64,000 nucleotides of DNA from Methanocaldococcus indicus (GTDB lineage: Archaea > AGJL01 > Methanococci > Methanococcales > Methanocaldococcaceae): assembly GCF_049554935.1 (NCBI RefSeq), contig NZ_CP186926.1:96001-160000 (forward strand), given 5' to 3'. The notes under the pieces were generated by a model that worked only from the letters and a program-made list of their open reading frames with translations, ran no database searches and was not told the DNA's origin. Shown one piece after another: positions 57,944 through 64,000 of the stretch. Position numbers and translations under genes: made by a program. Each line of letters starts with the position of its first letter. Position 1 is the first letter of the stretch.

Positions 57944-58438
57944 ATGATTTATAAAAAAATAGCCAATCTAAATAAAGAATTTAAACTATTAAATGAAGAG
58001 AAGATATTATTAGGAACTGATGGAAGTGTAACAAATATATTGGAGATTTTATTTGAAGATGAGTGCAAGGTTAAAACAATAAATCAGTATATTAAAGATA
58101 ATATAAATTATAGAGAAGTTATACTTAAAGTTAGAGATGTTCCATTAGTTTATGCTATTTCAAAGACACCATTTGAAAATATAGAAGATGATTTAAGAGA
58201 TGAGATAAAGAGGGATTTATTATCAGCAGATATACCAATTGGGAAAATTATAAAAAAGTATAATTTAGAGACAAGAAGAGAGATTAAAGAAGTAGGGATA
58301 AAAAAATTAGATAATTATCTAAAAAATTTACTAAAAACTAACTATGACTATCTCCCAAAAAGAACTTATAATATAATTTATAAAAATAAGATTTTAATGG
58401 AAATTTGTGAAATTTTTGCAATTAGAGGGAGATTATGA
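57944..58438 (+). CDS. Chorismate lyase-like (DUF98) protein
   Basis: LLGTDGSVT, IPIG, LETRRE motifs. Confidence 0.8.
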   Translation: MIYKKIANLNKEFKLLNEEKILLGTDGSVTNILEILFEDECKVKTINQYIKDNINYREVILKVRDVPLVYAISKTPFENIEDDLRDEIKRDLLSADIPIGKIIKKYNLETRREIKEVGIKKLDNYLKNLLKTNYDYLPKRTYNIIYKNKILMEICEIFAIRGRL

Positions 58439-59433
58439 AAGAAGCTATGTTTTATGAAAAATTAAATGGAAATGTTAGATGTTTATTATGTCCAAGATAC
58501 TGTATAATTCCAGAGGGAAAAGTTGGTTTTTGTAGGAACAGACAAAACATAAATGGCAAGTTATATGCTATTGGATATGGAAAAGTGTGTTCATTAGCCA
58601 TAGACCCAATAGAGAAGAAGCCACTTTATCATTTTTATCCAGGGACTAATGTTTTATCATTAGCGATAGCGGGATGCAATTTTAGATGTATGCATTGTCA
58701 AAATTGGCAAGTTTCTCAAGTTTCTCCTTTGGATGTTCCATATAAGGAGATGTCTCCAGAGGATGTTATTAATCTTGCTAAATATTACAATTCTCCAGGA
58801 GTTTGTTATACTTATACAGAGCCAACAGTATATTATGAGTTTATGTATGACACATCTAAATTGGCTCATGAACATAATTTATTCAATGTTATGGTTACAA
58901 ATGGATATATAAATGAGGAACCTCTCAAAATTCTGCCAATGGATGCTATGAATATAGATATAAAAGGTAATGAGAGATTTTATAATGAGATATGTAAAGC
59001 TGAATTAGAGCCTGTTTTAAAAACTTGTAAGTTGGCTAAAAAATTAGGTATTTGGATTGAGATAACTAACCTTATAGTTCCTGGCTATAATGATAATTTA
59101 GAAGATATAATGTTTATTATTGAATTTGTTAGAGATGAGTTAGGGAGAGAGGTTCCTCTTCACTTTACAAGATTTCATCCAGATTATAAACTGTTAGATG
59201 TTCCACCAACACCAATAGAAACATTAGAAAAAGCAAGAGAATTAGCTTTAAAAGCTGGTTTAAAGTATGTTTATATAGGAAACGTTCCAGGACATGAAGG
59301 AGAACATACTTATTGTCCAGAATGTGGAGCCTTGTTAATTAAAAGAGATATATTTAATATAGAGTTTGTTAATTTAGATGTAGAAAATAAAGAATGTATA
59401 GTTTGTGGAGAGAAAATAGATATTATATTATAA
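58435..59433 (+). CDS. AmmeMemoRadiSam-type radical SAM protein (PFL-activating enzyme-like)
   Basis: DPIEKKPLYHF, CNFRCMHCQN, YTYTEP, RFHP motifs. Confidence 0.88.
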   Translation: MKEAMFYEKLNGNVRCLLCPRYCIIPEGKVGFCRNRQNINGKLYAIGYGKVCSLAIDPIEKKPLYHFYPGTNVLSLAIAGCNFRCMHCQNWQVSQVSPLDVPYKEMSPEDVINLAKYYNSPGVCYTYTEPTVYYEFMYDTSKLAHEHNLFNVMVTNGYINEEPLKILPMDAMNIDIKGNERFYNEICKAELEPVLKTCKLAKKLGIWIEITNLIVPGYNDNLEDIMFIIEFVRDELGREVPLHFTRFHPDYKLLDVPPTPIETLEKARELALKAGLKYVYIGNVPGHEGEHTYCPECGALLIKRDIFNIEFVNLDVENKECIVCGEKIDIIL

Positions 59434-60603
59434 CCATTTATCCAAAGTTATTTTTTCTTTATAGTAGTTTATTTTTTGTGGATAGAAAGAAATTTCTCCA
59501 TATTTTCCACCACCACCAGGAACAATATATATTTTATTTTCTCTGAATAGTTTTATTGTATTTGCTACTCTATCATTTATATTTTTTAATTCTTCTATAT
59601 CAACATTTATCAAAACATTTATCTCATTTTTGTATTTTTCTATAAATTTTTCCCAAATTGTTTGGACAGTTTTTGTTAGAACACCTCTATTGTAAGTTAA
59701 ACTTATAATTTCTGCCAATGGGATGATATGGATATACTTTGCTCTAAAAGTTGGATGTTCTACTTTTCCATCACTTAGTTCAAGGACTCTATCATAAACA
59801 CCCTTTTTTACTCTTCCACCACATTCAGGACATTTCCAATTAAATTTTTTAGCATCATCTAATTTAAACTTAATATAACATTTAGAGCAAGCAGTTAAAT
59901 GATACTTTCCCAACTCTGGGAATAGGCCAACATTACTAACAACTTTTTTATGTTTAATAGCCTTTTTTATCCCCTCAAAATTTTCCTCAATATTTCCAAT
60001 ACTATCAACTTTTAAAATGTTGAACTCTCTTCCTAATCTATGTGGATGATATGAATGTGCATCAGAGTTTGACAAAAAAACAAACTCTCTCAATTCTTTA
60101 ATCATATCAGCCATTTTAGTATCAGCAGATAAACCCAACTCAATAAAATCAGGTTTTTTTTCATAACATTGATAAATTGAATCAAAAGTTTTATAGATAG
60201 ATGTCCAAGGAGTAAAAGCATGAGCAGGCCCTATTAATCCATCAACATCTCTTACAAAATCTAAAATTTCTCTTCCAGACAAATAGACTTTTGGCCTTCC
60301 TTCTGTATCTAAATCTTTTGAGTATCTTTTAAATTTCTCTCTTAGTTCTTCCACTTTCTCTATAGAAGGTAAAATTATAAGATGATGAACTCTATCCTTA
60401 TCCTCAACCTCAGTAGTTAATATAATTTCTCTATCTTTAAATTTTTTAATTTCTTCTAAGTATTTTGGATTTAAGCAGTCTCCTGTTCCTACTATATCTA
60501 AACCCTTAATTTTACTGTATTTTAGTATATTCTCTATATTCATATCTTTTGAAGTTCCACCAGAATATTTAGAATGAATATGAAAATCTACATTTACAAG
60601 CAT
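59428..60603 (-). CDS. TIGR00375 PHP-domain protein with Zn ribbon (EndoQ-like family)
   Basis: DFHIHSKYS, PAHAFTPW, ELGLSAD, SNSDAHS, PGGGGKYG motifs. Confidence 0.85.
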   Translation of the reverse strand: MLVNVDFHIHSKYSGGTSKDMNIENILKYSKIKGLDIVGTGDCLNPKYLEEIKKFKDREIILTTEVEDKDRVHHLIILPSIEKVEELREKFKRYSKDLDTEGRPKVYLSGREILDFVRDVDGLIGPAHAFTPWTSIYKTFDSIYQCYEKKPDFIELGLSADTKMADMIKELREFVFLSNSDAHSYHPHRLGREFNILKVDSIGNIEENFEGIKKAIKHKKVVSNVGLFPELGKYHLTACSKCYIKFKLDDAKKFNWKCPECGGRVKKGVYDRVLELSDGKVEHPTFRAKYIHIIPLAEIISLTYNRGVLTKTVQTIWEKFIEKYKNEINVLINVDIEELKNINDRVANTIKLFRENKIYIVPGGGGKYGEISFYPQKINYYKEKITLDKWL

Positions 60604-62226
60604 TTACATCCTCTCAGGACATTCTATTCCCAATAAATTTAATCCAGTTTCAATAGTATTTTTAGTTTTTTCAACAAGATATAATCTAAATTTCTTTAAA
60701 TCTTCATTACTTTCTTTTAAAATAGGACATTTTTCATAGAATTTATTGAATATTTTAGCTAATTCTATTAAATAGTTGGCTAATAAAGAAGGCTTTTTAT
60801 TTTTAACAACTTCCTCAACAGCATATCTAAATTCATATATTTGCTTTATTAGTTCTTTCTCTTCTTTACATAAATCTACTTTTTTAAGTTCTCCTTTGTC
60901 TTTCTCTAATAATCTTATACATCTAACATATGCATACTGTATAAATGGACTTCCAGATTTTTCAAAATCTAATGCATCCTCCCATTTAAATATAAAAGAT
61001 TTTTCAGGAGAAACTTTAACAATATTGAATCTAACAGCACCAACTGCTATTTTTTTTGCAATATCCTCTGATATATTTCTTTTTTTACATTCCTCTAATG
61101 CTCTTTTATATGCCTCCTCCAAAAATTCATCTGTTGAAATAAATCTACCTCTTCTTGTGCTCATAGAGCCCTCTGGAAGAGAGATAAATTCATAAAACAC
61201 TATCTCAGGAACATCTGAATTTAACAACTTTAAAGCACATTTTAACATTTCAGCAGTTAGTTTATGGTCTGCTCCAAGAACATCAATACACTTTCCTTTT
61301 TTTATTTTATCAAAGTGATAAGCTATATCTCTTGTAGTGTAGAGAGTAGTTCCATCTTCTCTTGTTAATACTAATCTTTTTTCAATGCCAAAATCTTCTA
61401 AATTTAATTTTAACACATTTCCTTCTTCCTCAACTTTTCCAGTTTCTTTTAACATCTCTAAAATCTCATAAACTAACCCATTTTTTATATAGTTACTTTC
61501 CCAAACAAATACATCATGTTCTATATTTAGGTTATTTAGAGTTTCTTTAATTCCATCTAAACAGTATTCAACAGCAAACTTATACTTTTTAGTTATTTCA
61601 TTTTCTATATTATTTTTTAATGAGTTCTCATACTCTACCATTAATTTTTTAATTTCATCCTCTAAATCTTTATTTTCTTCCAATAACTTATTAATTTTTA
61701 TATATATCTCTGCTATGGCATGGTCTTTCTTTTTTTCTTTGTCCAAAGTAAATTTTTCTAATCCCAAAACTACAAGAGCCATCTGTCTGCCCATATCATT
61801 GACATAGTAGTGAGTTTCAACATCATAGCCATAAAATTTAAATATTCTCTTTAAACTATCTCCAATTATTGCATTTCTTAAATGTCCTATATGAAGAGGA
61901 CCATTAGGATTTGCTGATGTGTGCTCTAAAATTATTTTTTTATTCTTTTTTTCAAATTTTGTATCTAAATATTTAGCTATCTCAAAATAATCTAAATAGA
62001 AGTTTATATATCCTCCAAAAACCTTTATATCTTCTACTCCTAAAATGTTCTTTTCTTTTAGTTTTTTAGCAATCTCTTCAGCAATTTCCTTAGGATTTTT
62101 TTTCAATTCTTTTGCTAATTTAAATACATTTATACAATAATCTCCCATATCAATATTTGGTGTTTTATCTACTTTTGCATCTAAAAATTCCTTAACATTT
62201 TTTTCAATCTCTCTTTTTATATCCAT
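60604..62226 (-). CDS. argS: Arginine--tRNA ligase
   Basis: EHTSANPNGPLHIGH, MSTRRG, QYA, PERM C-terminus. Confidence 0.96.
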   Translation of the reverse strand: MDIKREIEKNVKEFLDAKVDKTPNIDMGDYCINVFKLAKELKKNPKEIAEEIAKKLKEKNILGVEDIKVFGGYINFYLDYFEIAKYLDTKFEKKNKKIILEHTSANPNGPLHIGHLRNAIIGDSLKRIFKFYGYDVETHYYVNDMGRQMALVVLGLEKFTLDKEKKKDHAIAEIYIKINKLLEENKDLEDEIKKLMVEYENSLKNNIENEITKKYKFAVEYCLDGIKETLNNLNIEHDVFVWESNYIKNGLVYEILEMLKETGKVEEEGNVLKLNLEDFGIEKRLVLTREDGTTLYTTRDIAYHFDKIKKGKCIDVLGADHKLTAEMLKCALKLLNSDVPEIVFYEFISLPEGSMSTRRGRFISTDEFLEEAYKRALEECKKRNISEDIAKKIAVGAVRFNIVKVSPEKSFIFKWEDALDFEKSGSPFIQYAYVRCIRLLEKDKGELKKVDLCKEEKELIKQIYEFRYAVEEVVKNKKPSLLANYLIELAKIFNKFYEKCPILKESNEDLKKFRLYLVEKTKNTIETGLNLLGIECPERM

Positions 62227-62235
62227 AAATCTCCC

Positions 62236-63876
62236 TCATTTTATTGTTATTTTTGCATTTAAGAATACTGGACCTCTAACATCAATAACTTTATTTTCTC
62301 CCATAATTTGCTTTAAAGCAAGTTCGTCAATTTTTAGATTTATATCACTTAAACTTCTAACAATTGGAACTCTAAAACTAAATTCATCAATATTAGATAA
62401 AAGAGCCTCCTCAATTTTAGCTGTTAATTTTAGAATAACACTTTCAATATACTTAATATTTAAGCAAACTCCTTCTTCTTTAGCTTTTTTTAGTATCTTT
62501 TTATACTCTTCTTTAATTCCTTCCAAACTTTCAGGAATTCCATATATATTTCCATCATAGATATAGATATCATTTAAAACAGCAGGACCAAGAAGTTTTT
62601 TACCTTCTTCTTTTTCATAGATATTGACAATAATCTCTCTTTTTTCAGAGTTGAACATTAGTTCTTTAACTATATCTATGGAGCAGGGAGCCTCTAAATC
62701 TTTATTTTCAATACATTTATTTATTATTTCATAAGAAAACTGGTAGAGTTCATCTAATATTGGATATTTATCAACTTTAATTAATTCAGCTATTTCTTTA
62801 TCATCTAATCTGTAATCATAGAATTGAGGATACACCATCTTTCTAACGTCATCGTAGTTGTATAGAATCATTGCCAATCTTTCTACACCTAAACCTAAGT
62901 TCATAACTGGGACATCTATATTGTAGTTGGATAAAGCTATTGGACAATAAACTCCAAAAGTTGCAACTTCTAACCAACCTATTTTAGGATGATATGCATA
63001 AACCTCTGTCTGTGTTTCAGGGACATAGTATTTACTTCTTTTTTCATCTAATTTAAATTTAAATCTTTCAAATCCAAACTGTCCTAATAAAGCTTCTGCA
63101 ACAGCCTTACCATCATCTACATTTACATCTTCTCCAACAATAACACATGAAGCAGAATGATAACTCATAAGGTGACTCCTATCTTCTCTCTGTTCTCTTC
63201 TAAAACATCTATCAATTGAGAATAATTTTAAAGGTAATTTTCTTTTTTTAATTAATGAGCTTATAGTAATAAACCATCCAGAGGTCATATGGCTTCTTAA
63301 TGTTAAATCTGTTGGAAGAGGTTTTAATTCTTTAAACTCAGGAAAAGCCTTTTCTAAAATTTTCAATGAAAGTTCATCTGATATATTTAGAGATTTAGCA
63401 ATCTCTAAAACTAAATCATCTCCATCAATTGCTCCTTTTTTATATAGATGAAGTGTCTCTCTTAACTTTTCTTTTTTCTCATCATCTAATTTAACTCCTA
63501 AACTTTCAATAATCTCAATTTTTTCATTACTTATACCTACATCAGGTCTTGGTAAGCCTGCTAAATAAAAACATCTATCTAAGACAGCCAAAGCTTCTGG
63601 ACCAAATTGATTATAAATATCTCTTTCAGATACTATAATTGGATTTATAACTTCTTCAAATCCCATTCTTAAATAAGCTTGTCTTAATCTTTCAATAGTT
63701 TCCATAACAGGATGAACTTTTCCAAATTCTATTTTTATTCTTGGATATCTTTGGTTTATATGTTTCTCTTTTATTAGTTCCTTACTTTTTAACCAAGCTT
63801 TTTCAAAATCTTTTTTAGCAAGATTTTTAATTTCTTCAAACATTTTAAACCCCTCTAAGTGAAAGGTTATTAGCAA
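62236..63876 (-). CDS. sepS: O-phosphoseryl-tRNA(Cys) synthetase (start likely 63843)
   Basis: LRSHMTSGWF, CFRREQ, SYHSASC, NLGLGVERLAM, IDVRGPVF motifs. Confidence 0.95.
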   Translation of the reverse strand: MLITFHLEGFKMFEEIKNLAKKDFEKAWLKSKELIKEKHINQRYPRIKIEFGKVHPVMETIERLRQAYLRMGFEEVINPIIVSERDIYNQFGPEALAVLDRCFYLAGLPRPDVGISNEKIEIIESLGVKLDDEKKEKLRETLHLYKKGAIDGDDLVLEIAKSLNISDELSLKILEKAFPEFKELKPLPTDLTLRSHMTSGWFITISSLIKKRKLPLKLFSIDRCFRREQREDRSHLMSYHSASCVIVGEDVNVDDGKAVAEALLGQFGFERFKFKLDEKRSKYYVPETQTEVYAYHPKIGWLEVATFGVYCPIALSNYNIDVPVMNLGLGVERLAMILYNYDDVRKMVYPQFYDYRLDDKEIAELIKVDKYPILDELYQFSYEIINKCIENKDLEAPCSIDIVKELMFNSEKREIIVNIYEKEEGKKLLGPAVLNDIYIYDGNIYGIPESLEGIKEEYKKILKKAKEEGVCLNIKYIESVILKLTAKIEEALLSNIDEFSFRVPIVRSLSDINLKIDELALKQIMGENKVIDVRGPVFLNAKITIK

Positions 63877-64000
63877 AAAAATTATATATTTATCAAATAG
63901 ATATAATCTTTTTAAAAATAATTTATCTGATATAAAAAAATTTTATAAGGGGATACAATTTGCTACCAAAAGATACATTGAAAAAGGATATGTTTGCAGA

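Overview
AT-rich chromosomal segment of a hyperthermophilic methanogen. Gene content and 16S point to the Methanococcales, very probably a Methanocaldococcus. Most of the window is housekeeping: selenocysteine-type hdrA (partial), a liv ABC cluster, ilvC, r-proteins, purD, argG, lysA, five aminoacyl-tRNA synthetases (trpS, methanogen-type serS, tyrS, argS, sepS) and a 16S-tRNA-Ala-23S operon with bulge-helix-bulge processing stems and no linked 5S. Accessory or hidden elements seen in the sequence: (1) an in-frame UGA in hdrA inside a CpG-containing, hairpin-forming patch; (2) a frameshifted livF; (3) a Fe3+/thiamine/polyamine-type ABC operon followed by an intact 702-bp IS6-family element with a 7-bp target duplication; (4) an MjaI-like restriction-modification pair with a ribbon-helix-helix gene coupled to the methylase; (5) a ~110-nt GC-richer structured RNA in front of rps6e; (6) an orphan one-spacer CRISPR mini-array with a full leader and no cas genes; (7) an uncalled 39-aa membrane peptide gene ahead of trkA; (8) a 14-aa tandem-repeat protein; (9) a 161-aa mini-intein next to the catalytic Tyr of topA. 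All calls were made by eye from motifs and recalled family knowledge; no searches or folding programs were run.
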